From: Poseidonia sp. | GTDB taxonomy: Archaea; Thermoplasmatota; Poseidoniia; Poseidoniales; Poseidoniaceae | DNA: 64,000 bases | Assembly (NCBI GenBank): GCA_016778305.1 | Contig: JADHPT010000002.1 | Coordinates: 3,649 to 67,648 of the forward strand | Direction of reading: 5' to 3' | Position numbers and translations under genes: made by a program | In this document: positions 50,826-61,051 of the stretch, piece by piece | Numbering within the stretch: position 1 is the stretch's first letter | Layout of the letters: each line of letters opens with the position of its first letter | The notes under the pieces: model-generated | The model's input: only the letters and a program-made list of their open reading frames with translations | Told to the model about the DNA's origin: nothing | Databases searched by the model: none

Positions 50826-52244
50826 TCACCAGTGTTGATGCAGGTTGACCTTTGCATCAACCCCAACGTCAATCCATCGTTGCACGGCATATGGGTCGGC
50901 AACTGCGTGAAGGTTTGCGCCTTCGATGACAACCTTTTGATCACACCCCATTGCTAAGACAATGGCTGTCATTTGCATTCGGTGATCGTGATAGGTCTCA
51001 ACCAACTCTTTGGGAGAGGTCAATGATTGGCCACCAGGTATGGACAACCCACCTTCGATGGATGTGGACTTGATGCCGAAGGCTGCGAGGAGTGTTTGAG
51101 TGTGCTTGAGGCGATTCGTTTCCTTGTATGCTGCGTGTGCTGCGCCTATTATTTCACCACCGCCACTCAAAGCGAGAAGAGCAGATAAGGGCGTAATGAG
51201 GTCGTTAGCATCCCGTAGGTCATAGGTTGATGGAGCATGTGCCTCCATTGAGGAGATGGTATTGGTATCAAGATTCATCCCCAGATCCTTTGCACGTTGC
51301 ATCAATACTTCATGCCCAAGGCTGTCCTCATCAAGCGGTAGCATCGCCATCTCTACAGGTACTCCTACAACCTTAGAGGCAAGCATGGCAAAGGCGAGCA
51401 TGGAGCAGTCAGGAGGCATATGGAGGTCTATTTGTGAAAATACTGGCTCCCAAGGCTTCAGAATATCGTTACTCACAGGATTGCATCCAAGCGACTCACA
51501 CATGTCACCAGTTAATGACGCATGGCGACGGGAGACTGCATCGCCATCGAGTGAGAGATGAAGATCTGAGGGTAAAGCCGGCGAGGCTATCAACCATGCA
51601 GAAGTTGGTTGACTGGATTTTTCTGTATTGATATTCAGGCGTTCAGGGCATTTCCAAGGCCCCTGAACCAGCAGAGGCAGCATCTCCGCACCCTCTCCGT
51701 GAGATGATTCAACACGAAATTGATGCAGTGTATCGATCATACTCGAATAATCTCTTGAACGGAGGGATGCGTCACCATCGAGCATAATGGGTACGTCAAA
51801 GCGAGCACATAAAGCCATCAAAAGGCGAAGGGCTGTACCTGAATTACCTGCATGGAGGACACTGATTGGAGCTTTCAATCCGTTTGGCCCGCAACCTTGT
51901 ACCTGCCATGCTACGCTTTCAGGATGCGGATTGAGGTCAACGTTTGGAAGGTTTGGGAGTGCTTCACCATTGAGATCCAAATCAGTAATGTTTACACCCA
52001 TTTGAATCAAACATCGGCGCATGGAAATGACATCTTTTCCAGCATACTGCATGTTGTGGAAGGTGATCTGCTGATTGCTTTGGGCAGCAAGAGCAAGCCA
52101 CCGTATGGCGTGACTTTTCGAGGGGGGGAGGCTCCAATGTATCTGTTCTATAGAGGCTTTATTATCGACTTCAAGAACCTCGATATAACTTCCTTTTTCT
52201 CCACGGCCCGAGGGTTTCCAACGCTTCACCCAAGCCCTGCCCAT
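50826..52244 (-). CDS. aroA: 3-phosphoshikimate 1-carboxyvinyltransferase (divergent)
   Basis: PPSKSH, GNSGTALR, GDASL, SSQ, KETNR, DHRM. Confidence 0.85.
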   Translation of the reverse strand: MGRAWVKRWKPSGRGEKGSYIEVLEVDNKASIEQIHWSLPPSKSHAIRWLALAAQSNQQITFHNMQYAGKDVISMRRCLIQMGVNITDLDLNGEALPNLPNVDLNPHPESVAWQVQGCGPNGLKAPISVLHAGNSGTALRLLMALCARFDVPIMLDGDASLRSRDYSSMIDTLHQFRVESSHGEGAEMLPLLVQGPWKCPERLNINTEKSSQPTSAWLIASPALPSDLHLSLDGDAVSRRHASLTGDMCESLGCNPVSNDILKPWEPVFSQIDLHMPPDCSMLAFAMLASKVVGVPVEMAMLPLDEDSLGHEVLMQRAKDLGMNLDTNTISSMEAHAPSTYDLRDANDLITPLSALLALSGGGEIIGAAHAAYKETNRLKHTQTLLAAFGIKSTSIEGGLSIPGGQSLTSPKELVETYHDHRMQMTAIVLAMGCDQKVVIEGANLHAVADPYAVQRWIDVGVDAKVNLHQHW

Positions 52245-52318
52245 GAATCCCCGTCAGCCTGTGTCCATCATGAACCCTTGCAATACAGATTCAAGAACCG
52301 CCACACGGTGCGGTTAAC

Positions 52319-53326
52319 ATGACGCTGGTGGACGCAAGGAATCGTCCCCTGCGCGACCTGCGTATTTCGGTCACGGATCGATGTAATTTCCGTTGTACAT
52401 ACTGCATGCCCAGAGAGCATTTCGGACCGCAGCATCCCTTTTTACCTCGTGATGAATTGTTGACATATGAAGAGATGGCCTTTGTGACGGCATCGCTTCT
52501 TCCTCTCGGGCTCCAAAAAATACGACTCACTGGTGGAGAGCCACTCTTGCGCAAGAACATCACAACGCTTATCCAACACTTGCGAGCGCTTGATCCATCC
52601 CTTGACATTGCCCTCACAACCAATGGTGCACTTCTTCTTGAACACGCAGCCTCCCTCAAAGAGGCAGGTCTCAATCGAGTGACTGTGAGCCTTGACGCAC
52701 TGGACGAGGATACATTCCAATCCCTTGCAGATACGACAAAACACACACCAAAAGTGATTCTGAAGGGCATCCAAAAGGCCGCAGATGTCGGCCTTGGCGT
52801 CAAGGTCAATACCGTCGTGAAAAAAGGCGTGAATGATGCAGAGATACTACCGCTCGCTGAACAATTTGAATCCATGGGAGTTCCGCTTCGATTTATTGAA
52901 TTCATGGATGTAGGCAATACAAATGCCTGGAAGATGGAAGATGTGATGAGTGGAAGCGACATTCGGGAACTGCTCAGTCAGCGGTTCGGACCCCTCACTC
53001 CCGTCCGAGGACAGCAAGCAAGCGAAGTTGCAAAACGCTACAGCACACCCGAAGGATACGAGTTTGGATTCATTGAATCCGTGACATCTCCCTTTTGTGG
53101 CGATTGTACTCGGGCGAGGTTATCTGCTAACGGACAAATCTACACCTGCCTTTTCGCAACAGAGGGGCATGACATCAAATCGATCCTAAGGATGGATGGT
53201 ACAACCCAAGAAATTGGTGAGGCCATCGCATCGATTTGGACCAAAAGAAATGACCGCTATTCGGAAGAACGTGGTGCAAAAAATCGCCCTGATACGAAGG
53301 TTGAGATGTCCTTCATTGGGGGTTAA
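52319..53326 (+). CDS. moaA: GTP 3',8-cyclase
   Basis: LRISVTDRCNFRCTYC, FCGDC.R.R...C, C-terminal MSFIGG. Confidence 0.96.
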   Translation: MTLVDARNRPLRDLRISVTDRCNFRCTYCMPREHFGPQHPFLPRDELLTYEEMAFVTASLLPLGLQKIRLTGGEPLLRKNITTLIQHLRALDPSLDIALTTNGALLLEHAASLKEAGLNRVTVSLDALDEDTFQSLADTTKHTPKVILKGIQKAADVGLGVKVNTVVKKGVNDAEILPLAEQFESMGVPLRFIEFMDVGNTNAWKMEDVMSGSDIRELLSQRFGPLTPVRGQQASEVAKRYSTPEGYEFGFIESVTSPFCGDCTRARLSANGQIYTCLFATEGHDIKSILRMDGTTQEIGEAIASIWTKRNDRYSEERGAKNRPDTKVEMSFIGG

Positions 53327-53818
53327 TTACCGCATTGCAGGAAGCGCCACGTCGATGAGTAAAACACCTGCCGATTCTTCAATGAGGCGGAATCGCCAGG
53401 TTCCATCATCAGAACCGATGGTTTGTGAATCGATGACAAAATAGTCTCCTTGTGTCACTGAATAGCCTGCATCCCGATCATGGAAGGAGACATTTGAACC
53501 GACCACGCCGTACACGTCGTCACCCGAAACCTGCCCTCGTATGGGAACGGATTCAGTAAGGTTTGATGGTTGAAGGTCGAACTTGAGCCGTGCTGGGTCA
53601 ATGGATTGGTCTAGGCTGGTAATTCGGACAACATGGAAACCATTGTCAAGCGCACGTACACTCACTGTTGCTTGCGGAGGAGCTTTTTCTACGGTTGTCA
53701 ATGCCCCCTGCATCAAGACGAAGACCATGCTTGACAGCATCACTGTGATGGCGAGAAGAAGGACCGTTGCGATGACTGGGCTGACGGCTTCACCATCCCT
53801 CCTTAGTGTGCCTCGCAT
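53327..53818 (-). CDS. Archaeal type IV pilin
   Basis: Class III signal peptide EA/VSPVIATVLLLAITV. Confidence 0.88.
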   Translation of the reverse strand: MRGTLRRDGEAVSPVIATVLLLAITVMLSSMVFVLMQGALTTVEKAPPQATVSVRALDNGFHVVRITSLDQSIDPARLKFDLQPSNLTESVPIRGQVSGDDVYGVVGSNVSFHDRDAGYSVTQGDYFVIDSQTIGSDDGTWRFRLIEESAGVLLIDVALPAMR

Positions 53819-53886
53819 ACCAACACCACACGGTCAAATCACTTGAACCAACCGATGATTAAATCGGTCTCAGGATTCATTTGATG

Positions 53887-55032
53887 TCACAAAATCCAAA
53901 CTGAACGCTCGCATTCCATGGCGCGTTTTATGCCACCTATCGGGCCGAGAACACGAAGGATGAGTTCGGTAAGAACATCACCACGCATGAAAGCGTAGCC
54001 CATGTTTTTACTTCGCAGAGAATTCTTCAGTGCTTTGCCCATACTGGCTCGTACTCTGTCTTCATAGGAATTAAGGGGTGTGCCCTTGTTGATGTTGTCG
54101 AGGATTGACTCAGCGGCAAAGCATCCTGAAATAATCGCTTGACTGATACCGCCGCCGTTGCTCGGCATGACCAAGCCAGCAGCGTCCCCAACAGCAAGGG
54201 TAGTTCCATCAACCATGCGACGAACAGGCCCGCCCATCGGAATCCAGCCACCACCAATCGACAAAATTTCCAAATCAAGGTCCTTGCAAAACTGCTCGAG
54301 GTGGTCTTTCAGTGAGCCTTTCAACTTCCCTGCCCGAACCCCCAAACCGACATTTGCAAAGTTTGGTCCCTTAGGGATGATCCAAGCGTAGCCTGAAGGG
54401 GCGACTGAGCCAAGAAATACGTCAAAGGTTTCAGGTACATTTCCTTTGACTTGGGCGTAGATTGTTGGTACTTGATCGTCAGGACGAACATCTGGGTCTT
54501 GACCGTGCCTTAGCCGACCAACGTGTGCGAGACTTCCCGAGGCGTCGATAAGATAGTCACAAGAAAACCTGCCCTCTGAGGTAACAAGAAGGTCTCGATT
54601 CTTTTTTCGCTGATGTTGAATTCGTTTGAGCGGGGTGTTAATTCGAATTTCTGCACCTGCATGCACCGCTTTATCTGCCAAGTAGCCATCAAATTGCAAA
54701 CGGTGACCTGCAAAGGCATCAAGCGCAAAATCATAGGATTTTCCAGAGGGAAGGAAGACGCGCATGTTATCCAAACGATGGAGGCGAAGGCGGTCTGGGA
54801 AATCAAAATATGTCTCCAACCAATCGTGGTCTTCTAGATTCTTGAAGGTCCCAATGACCTCACCCCAATTTGGTATACACTCGCCGCATTGGGCCGGATT
54901 GCCGATGATTGTTCGCCGTTCGAGAACCAAAACGTCAATTCCATCTTCAGCAAGGCGTTGGGCGCATGCAGTTCCAGCAGGACCTGCCCCAATCACGATG
55001 ACTTGCCGATGTTCAACAGATTTTACCACCAT
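53887..55032 (-). CDS. Geranylgeranyl reductase family flavoprotein
   Basis: GAGPAG, CGE, PSGYAWIIPK, VGDAAG...GGGI. Confidence 0.9.
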   Translation of the reverse strand: MVVKSVEHRQVIVIGAGPAGTACAQRLAEDGIDVLVLERRTIIGNPAQCGECIPNWGEVIGTFKNLEDHDWLETYFDFPDRLRLHRLDNMRVFLPSGKSYDFALDAFAGHRLQFDGYLADKAVHAGAEIRINTPLKRIQHQRKKNRDLLVTSEGRFSCDYLIDASGSLAHVGRLRHGQDPDVRPDDQVPTIYAQVKGNVPETFDVFLGSVAPSGYAWIIPKGPNFANVGLGVRAGKLKGSLKDHLEQFCKDLDLEILSIGGGWIPMGGPVRRMVDGTTLAVGDAAGLVMPSNGGGISQAIISGCFAAESILDNINKGTPLNSYEDRVRASMGKALKNSLRSKNMGYAFMRGDVLTELILRVLGPIGGIKRAMECERSVWIL

Positions 55033-55041
55033 AAATTCACC

Positions 55042-56025
55042 TCAGGTGTGGCGTTGCATCACAAAATCGGTAATGAGGAGGAGGACTTCTTTGGCCTGGG
55101 AATCTGGGAACTTATCCAATTCGCTACGAGCACGTTCCAAATGCGTTCGGACAAGGATTTCGGCATACTCCATACTGTCTGAACGGTTAAGCAGCGCCAT
55201 TAATTCATCAAAGTGCTCGTCGCTGAAGGATTCAATGAGGTCAGCGAGACGTTGTCGATGAGGTCCGTGGGAAAGGGTGAGGGCGTGAATGAGCGGGAGG
55301 GTCATCTTGCCCTCATAGACATCAGCGCCTCGGGGCTTGCCCATGCGTTCATCGCCTCGGAGATCGAGTAGATCATCAACCAGCTGGAAGGCGATTCCCA
55401 ATTCCATTCCGAACCGTTTGAGCCCGAGGGCCCGATCGGGTGAAAGACCTGCGGTTAATCCAGCAGCATGACATCCTGCGGCAAAGGGTCCTGCGGTTTT
55501 TCCACGGACAATGGCCAAGTAATCCTCTGGAGAAGTGGCGAGATTGTGCACGTGATCGAGTTGGAGAAATTCTGAGACTGCCATGTTGGCACAACTCCTT
55601 GCAATGATATCAACGACTTCCTCACTCTGCCGTACTGCGAGAGAAAACCCTTGAACAAAAAGCCAATCTCCTGCTATCACTGCTTTGGCTTGACCAAATT
55701 GAGTGTGAATGGTAGGTATCCCTCGACGTTCAAGTGCATTGTCATTGATATCATCGTGGACCAGTGTGGCAGTATGAATCAATTCAAAGCCCAGAGCGAG
55801 GGGCATGACCTCTGACTCATCTTGACCCCCGGCCAGTTGGTAGGCGAGCAACAGGAGGAGGGGGCGCAATCGCTTCCCACCCGCATTCAGGATACGACCC
55901 GCTTCCCTGGCTACTTCTCCTGCACCCTGTTCAAGTTCGGTCTCGATAAGCGAATGCAGGGCTGTGTTGACGCGTTCGCGCATGGAGTCCAACGCGAATT
56001 GAAGGGTATCGACATCACTGCGCAC
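55042..56025 (-). CDS. Polyprenyl diphosphate synthase (medium/long-chain type)
   Basis: GGKRLRP, FARM HTATLVHDDIND, RRG, KTA, FQLVDDLLD, GKMTLP. Confidence 0.9.
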   Translation of the reverse strand: MRSDVDTLQFALDSMRERVNTALHSLIETELEQGAGEVAREAGRILNAGGKRLRPLLLLLAYQLAGGQDESEVMPLALGFELIHTATLVHDDINDNALERRGIPTIHTQFGQAKAVIAGDWLFVQGFSLAVRQSEEVVDIIARSCANMAVSEFLQLDHVHNLATSPEDYLAIVRGKTAGPFAAGCHAAGLTAGLSPDRALGLKRFGMELGIAFQLVDDLLDLRGDERMGKPRGADVYEGKMTLPLIHALTLSHGPHRQRLADLIESFSDEHFDELMALLNRSDSMEYAEILVRTHLERARSELDKFPDSQAKEVLLLITDFVMQRHT

Positions 56026-56106
56026 AGTCTACGGAAGACGGTGGGCTTCTTAACCAGTCGTCACCGCCCATAACCTGCGAGGGCTTGCTCTCGCCGAGGT
56101 CATTTG

Positions 56107-57216
56107 ATGGAAAATAGGGAGCGGTTGGTGATTCTAACGACGCCGTCTCGCGGAGACGGCGTTCGACTTCACGTTGAGCGTGCAGTCGATACCCACGGCA
56201 AAAAAATGGACCTCCTCATGAAGCAATTGCCCCACATGGAAACAGCCATCGAAACACTGCGAGACGGCACGGGAGATATCCTCGCAATGAGTGCCTTTGA
56301 TTGGGAACACTTTGACACCTCTACACTGAGCATTGCAGGACTTTTGAGCCGTAAAGAGCCCACGTGGGTGTTGGTTGCAGATGACAAACCAGAATATCTT
56401 GAAAACGAGGCCGTCGTTGTTTGTGACCACGAACTTCTCCGCCGCCAAATGAGGCGCATGCGTCCCGACGTGGTCCTGAAAACGAGTGCTGCCATCGCAT
56501 CAGATGTGGGAGATTCAGAGATGTTTGAATCACTTGAATCAGGTGAACATTGGTCTTGGTTAGAAAGTCAACGCAAGAAGGGAGTCATCGACGGTTTTAT
56601 TGCCCCGAGAAGCATTCATTCGGATTATCGTTTCAAAGGTCGACGACACACGCTTGGGCTTCAACGTGATACTTCCGAGCAAAATAGAGAGCGATTTATC
56701 CCACCACCACTGCACGGATTTACACTCTTGGTGACGCGCCAAGGATTTCATCCTTCAAAAATCCAGGAAATGTTGGACCCAAGTGCCTACCTAGCATACC
56801 GTCTTGAATCGGCCATGATGGAGAGCCTCGATGATGATCTTCGGCCCATAACGGGTATTTTTGTCGAACAACGAAAAATATCAACCATCCTTAAAAAAGC
56901 AAGAGAAAATGAAGACGAGGTTGTGCTCAATGCCCTCACCGACCCTGACAAACCCACCAAAAAATCACTTCGACCTGGGCCTCGTGTTGAAATGATGATT
57001 GAAACATTGAACCCTTCTGGAACTGTCACTGCCGCCTGTGAACGAATGGTCGTCACCGAGGACAGCCACGTTGGAATGGTGAACTTGCTTCGGGAATTCA
57101 TTCACCTCATCACCATCATGACCTCGGATCATGAGGCCACGAAACGTAAGATTCCAGGCATGCCCGATGCGTTCAGTGACGCCAGCCCGAAGCTTCTGGA
57201 CTTTGATGAAAATTAA
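56107..57216 (+). CDS. Degenerate HemC (porphobilinogen deaminase)-fold protein
   Basis: GDILAMSAFD, RKEPTWVLV, RRQMRRMRPD, FIPPPLHG, LESAMM run colinear with HemC motifs; cofactor Cys absent. Confidence 0.65.
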   Translation: MENRERLVILTTPSRGDGVRLHVERAVDTHGKKMDLLMKQLPHMETAIETLRDGTGDILAMSAFDWEHFDTSTLSIAGLLSRKEPTWVLVADDKPEYLENEAVVVCDHELLRRQMRRMRPDVVLKTSAAIASDVGDSEMFESLESGEHWSWLESQRKKGVIDGFIAPRSIHSDYRFKGRRHTLGLQRDTSEQNRERFIPPPLHGFTLLVTRQGFHPSKIQEMLDPSAYLAYRLESAMMESLDDDLRPITGIFVEQRKISTILKKARENEDEVVLNALTDPDKPTKKSLRPGPRVEMMIETLNPSGTVTAACERMVVTEDSHVGMVNLLREFIHLITIMTSDHEATKRKIPGMPDAFSDASPKLLDFDEN

Positions 57217-57323
57217 GCCAGCGGTTCCTCCCCTACCATTGGAAAATCGGCCTTCACACCGTAAGGTCACTGCGAAGACATATATGCTTTCAATGCGGCA
57301 AATCATGCATAGGTGAGTTCCGA

Positions 57324-59063
57324 ATGGACAAATCAGCATTACTTGCGACCCTCTATCAGGCTCGCTTTGATGATTTGAAAACCACTGCTGGGGAGCACAA
57401 TTTACCTAAATCGGGTTCAGTTGAAATGCTACGCGCACGATTGATTCGCAATCTTATTTTGAGCGATTGGGACTTCTCCACTGATGGCTTGAAGACGATC
57501 AGCAATGCTGACCTCGGAGAGTTATTGGGAATCTTTGGAATCAAGAAATCGGGTTCGATCAAGGCTCGTCGTCAACGCTTGCACCTCCATCTCCATCACG
57601 ACCCTAAACAACTGACTACCGATAAATTGGATGAGAAAACAAAAGAGGAAATCCATGCCTTGTGCAAGGACCTCGAATTACCACTTTCTGGCAATAAACA
57701 GACCCTTCTTGTCAGAGTTGCAGGCGTTTTAGCCTCACAAGAGAATGCTTGGGGCAAAGTCAAGAAAAGCCTCAGGAGACCTCGAAATGCTGCCAACCTC
57801 CCAGCCATTCCACGGTGGGAAGAGGAAACCGTTGAGTCGCCTGAGGTTGAAGAAACGGTGAGTCATTTTGTTGAAGACCATGACGAGGGATGGACCTTTG
57901 AGGAAGAAACAAATCTTCGCGAAGAACTGGCCCAAATGGGTCATGAAATTTCTCAGGCTACCATTGCATCGAGCGTAGATGAAGAACTTCGCGTGCAGCA
58001 AACCAAGGATGAGCGGAGTATTCCTCCAATGATTCAAGAAACAGGCTCTCAGGAGACCTATAGCCTTGAAATTGAGGCAGCCCTCCTTGAGATGCGAGAG
58101 CGAATGGCTGAAGTTCATGCCCTCGCCCGTGATTTCCTTATGGTCAGTTCAACCACCAACGAGGACGATATGCGAGCCTTCATCGATTCAATGCGGCATC
58201 ACGGATTTTCAACCGATCTTCCTCCAGTCCACCAAGCTATCCATCAAGCGATTATGGAATTAGACTATCAAATTCAACAGGAGAGCACTGCCGCCGTGGC
58301 TATGCCACAATCGTGGAGTGAGCGAGAGGCTTTACGCTTCTTTGAGCAGGTGCGTAGCACGCTTCGGGACCGACTGGAAAACATGCTTGCACTCAATCCC
58401 AACGACCCAGTGAAAGCCAGAATGGCCTTTGAAGGCGAAGCGAGAGAACTCGGGCTTGACCTCCGCATTCCTAGTATCTCCGGACGAGTTCATGCATTGT
58501 TTGACCTTCACCTGGAAATTGCTGAGACGCAGGCTCTGCACGATCCTACGGTCCAACGAAGGGAGCGAATGATGCGTATTTTACATCGGGGAGCGATTCA
58601 CATGAACGAACGTGAACGTATGACAATTGAGCGACTGGAGCGAAATATTGGATCCTTTGAAGAACTTGTCCAAACCATTCTTGAAAGCGGAGAAGACGGC
58701 TTTGATGAGGCACAACAAGCACTTGTCATTCGCTTCCTTGAATCAAAAGGCTATGATGTCAATACTGCTGATTTGAGACCGCGTGTGCTGGCATGTGCGG
58801 GAATTCTCGGAGCAGAATTAGGATTCCTCTCTCCCAGTGAAATCCCGCGCATTGCCCCCGGAGTATTGGTCAGTGAAACCGAAGTTGACGCCATCGTCAT
58901 CGAGCTTAAGGCCTTGGCATCGAGTTTCAAGACCGAAGAAATTGAAGAAGGCGATCTCGACGAAGAAATAGCAGAATCCGTTGCGGATGCTGCGCACAAT
59001 ATCAATCGTGTCAAAAGTAAAATCGACCGCGTGGACGACTTACTAAACCGCCTTCGTGGCTAA
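57324..59063 (+). CDS. Triple SAP-domain DNA-binding protein with acidic helical C-terminus
   Basis: Three SAP motifs: LPKSGSVEMLRARL, IKKSGSIKARRQRL, LPLSGNKQTLLVRV. Confidence 0.8.
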   Translation: MDKSALLATLYQARFDDLKTTAGEHNLPKSGSVEMLRARLIRNLILSDWDFSTDGLKTISNADLGELLGIFGIKKSGSIKARRQRLHLHLHHDPKQLTTDKLDEKTKEEIHALCKDLELPLSGNKQTLLVRVAGVLASQENAWGKVKKSLRRPRNAANLPAIPRWEEETVESPEVEETVSHFVEDHDEGWTFEEETNLREELAQMGHEISQATIASSVDEELRVQQTKDERSIPPMIQETGSQETYSLEIEAALLEMRERMAEVHALARDFLMVSSTTNEDDMRAFIDSMRHHGFSTDLPPVHQAIHQAIMELDYQIQQESTAAVAMPQSWSEREALRFFEQVRSTLRDRLENMLALNPNDPVKARMAFEGEARELGLDLRIPSISGRVHALFDLHLEIAETQALHDPTVQRRERMMRILHRGAIHMNERERMTIERLERNIGSFEELVQTILESGEDGFDEAQQALVIRFLESKGYDVNTADLRPRVLACAGILGAELGFLSPSEIPRIAPGVLVSETEVDAIVIELKALASSFKTEEIEEGDLDEEIAESVADAAHNINRVKSKIDRVDDLLNRLRG

Positions 59064-59065
59064 AT

Positions 59066-60307
59066 TCAATGCTGTTGAGCATAGAAGTTTTGAACCACTG
59101 AGGTCACGGTTTGAATGTCCGAGATTCCACGCTCAGATAGGTCTTCGATGATGGCTTGCCGTTGGGAAACATGGCGTTCAAAGACATCAGGGGTTACACC
59201 GGCTGCGTTGCAAATCGTTTCACGCAATTTGGATGGGATTCCTGTTTCTTCAATTTGATCGGTCGCCGCATTGTACTTCCAGATGACATTCAATCGAGGT
59301 TTGTCGCCTTCCATTCCAGCCACCTCGGCGACTTCTGTGATCTTACGTGCAGTCTTCCCGTTCACGTGGAGGCGTGCTTGGATGATGATCAAATCAAGAC
59401 CACTGAGCATGATAGGAGGGACGCTCATTGGCGGATTGATCATGCGAGTCACCGTTTCTTGAGCAGTGTTAGCGTGCAGGGAACCGAAGGAACCGTCGTG
59501 ACCTGTGTTCATTGCGGTGAGCAATGTTGCACATTCAGGACCACGAACTTCACCGACGATGATACGATCAGGACGCATACGGAGACTTGACTTGAGGCAA
59601 TCGTTCATGTCGATCTCTTGTGTTCCATCGGGTCGCTCACGACGGGTTTCCATTCGCAACCAGTGGTCGTGATAGACTTGCAATTCAGCGGTGTCTTCCA
59701 CGGTTAGCAAACGACGTGACCAGGGGATGTACATCCCAAGGCAATTCAGCGTGGTGGTTTTACCGGACCCAGTACCACCAGCGATGACAAAGTTCGCAGG
59801 GCGGCTATCAAGGCCTTCAATCCAAACCCACATCATAGCGGCAAGACGAGCATTGACCGTTCCAAAGTTAACGAGGTCGATCATGGTGAGGGGGTCTTCC
59901 TTGAATTTACGAATCGTCAAGGTTGGCCCGTCAGGAGAGACAGGGGGAATGGTTCCGTTAACACGCGAACCATCGGGGAGACGACCGTCAAAGATTGGCA
60001 CCAGACCCGGGCCGTCGCCGAGAGGCACGTTGGTGAATGAGGCGATGTTTTTTGCAATCTGGAGGCCAGATTCATCATCGATCCAAATATTTGTTCTGCA
60101 CATACCGTGGTTGCGATGAGCTACTTTGACACATTGTACGCCTCCGTTATACATCACTTCTTCCAAATTATCATCTTCAAAAAGCGCTGCCAGGTCTCCA
60201 TATGGGTTGGCTTGGATGTCACCATCGACGTGGTAAATTGGTGAAGGGTGATTAGGCTCGGTGTATATGGTGACTCGTCCGTATTGTTCTAAAATCTGTT
60301 CTGACAT
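59066..60307 (-). CDS. Type IV pilus assembly ATPase (CpaF/TadA/VirB11 family)
   Basis: GGTGSGKTT, VEDTAEL, LRMRPDRIIVGEVRG, MNTGHDG..SLHA. Confidence 0.93.
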   Translation of the reverse strand: MSEQILEQYGRVTIYTEPNHPSPIYHVDGDIQANPYGDLAALFEDDNLEEVMYNGGVQCVKVAHRNHGMCRTNIWIDDESGLQIAKNIASFTNVPLGDGPGLVPIFDGRLPDGSRVNGTIPPVSPDGPTLTIRKFKEDPLTMIDLVNFGTVNARLAAMMWVWIEGLDSRPANFVIAGGTGSGKTTTLNCLGMYIPWSRRLLTVEDTAELQVYHDHWLRMETRRERPDGTQEIDMNDCLKSSLRMRPDRIIVGEVRGPECATLLTAMNTGHDGSFGSLHANTAQETVTRMINPPMSVPPIMLSGLDLIIIQARLHVNGKTARKITEVAEVAGMEGDKPRLNVIWKYNAATDQIEETGIPSKLRETICNAAGVTPDVFERHVSQRQAIIEDLSERGISDIQTVTSVVQNFYAQQH

Positions 60308-60310
60308 GTA

Positions 60311-61042
60311 TTAACCTCCAACGGCTTTGACGGCTCCGAGATACAGACCCATTGAAACGGCCATCCACATTGGTAGCCACCACAAGGTATCTCTGAAACG
60401 ACCCATCATTCTTCCCGAAACACTGACACCAACGGCCGATGCTGCTGCAAAGAAATAACTGAATGTTTGATTGAATGAACTGATTTGGAAGCCTTTGCTT
60501 GCTGGAGCAAATAAGCCAACAATGAAGGCGATGAGAACAGGTAAGCCAACGCTTACAAAGAGAATGATGAGGATGCCACGACCCTGCAATTCACTTTCGC
60601 GACGATTCATCAAGTCGTTAAGACGCTCGTAATCACGGCTAAGATCTGCGAGGATGTCTCTCAATGATGAATCCTGTTGGATGGCCGTCTCAATCAAAAC
60701 CATCACTCGTTGAACTTGACTTGATCGAGTCTTTGCTGCAAAGGCTCCAAGGCTTGCTTCAAAGGAAGACGCGTGACTTTCTTTGAGCGTTTCTCCGAGC
60801 AGAGCAGCCAGAGGCCCGTCGTTCGCTTCCGATTGTTCCATCATGGCCTCTTGGAGGCCACGTCCTGCACCAACGGAATCTGAGAGGGCTTCAAGGAAGG
60901 TTGGCAATTCATTCTCAATGGCACGACGACGGCGACGTTCGAGCATGGGAGGGATGCCTCCGCCCGCGCATGCGATAGCGATGACGCCAATGTAGAGCAA
61001 GAGAGCAGAGTCATTGAAGGATTCGAGGAAGCCAAATATCAC
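60311..61042 (-). CDS. T2SS-F/TadC-like pilus platform protein
   Basis: IENELPTFLEALSDSVGAGRGLQEA; C-terminal TM helices. Confidence 0.85.
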   Translation of the reverse strand: MIFGFLESFNDSALLLYIGVIAIACAGGGIPPMLERRRRRAIENELPTFLEALSDSVGAGRGLQEAMMEQSEANDGPLAALLGETLKESHASSFEASLGAFAAKTRSSQVQRVMVLIETAIQQDSSLRDILADLSRDYERLNDLMNRRESELQGRGILIILFVSVGLPVLIAFIVGLFAPASKGFQISSFNQTFSYFFAAASAVGVSVSGRMMGRFRDTLWWLPMWMAVSMGLYLGAVKAVGG

Positions 61043-61051
61043 GAAACCACC

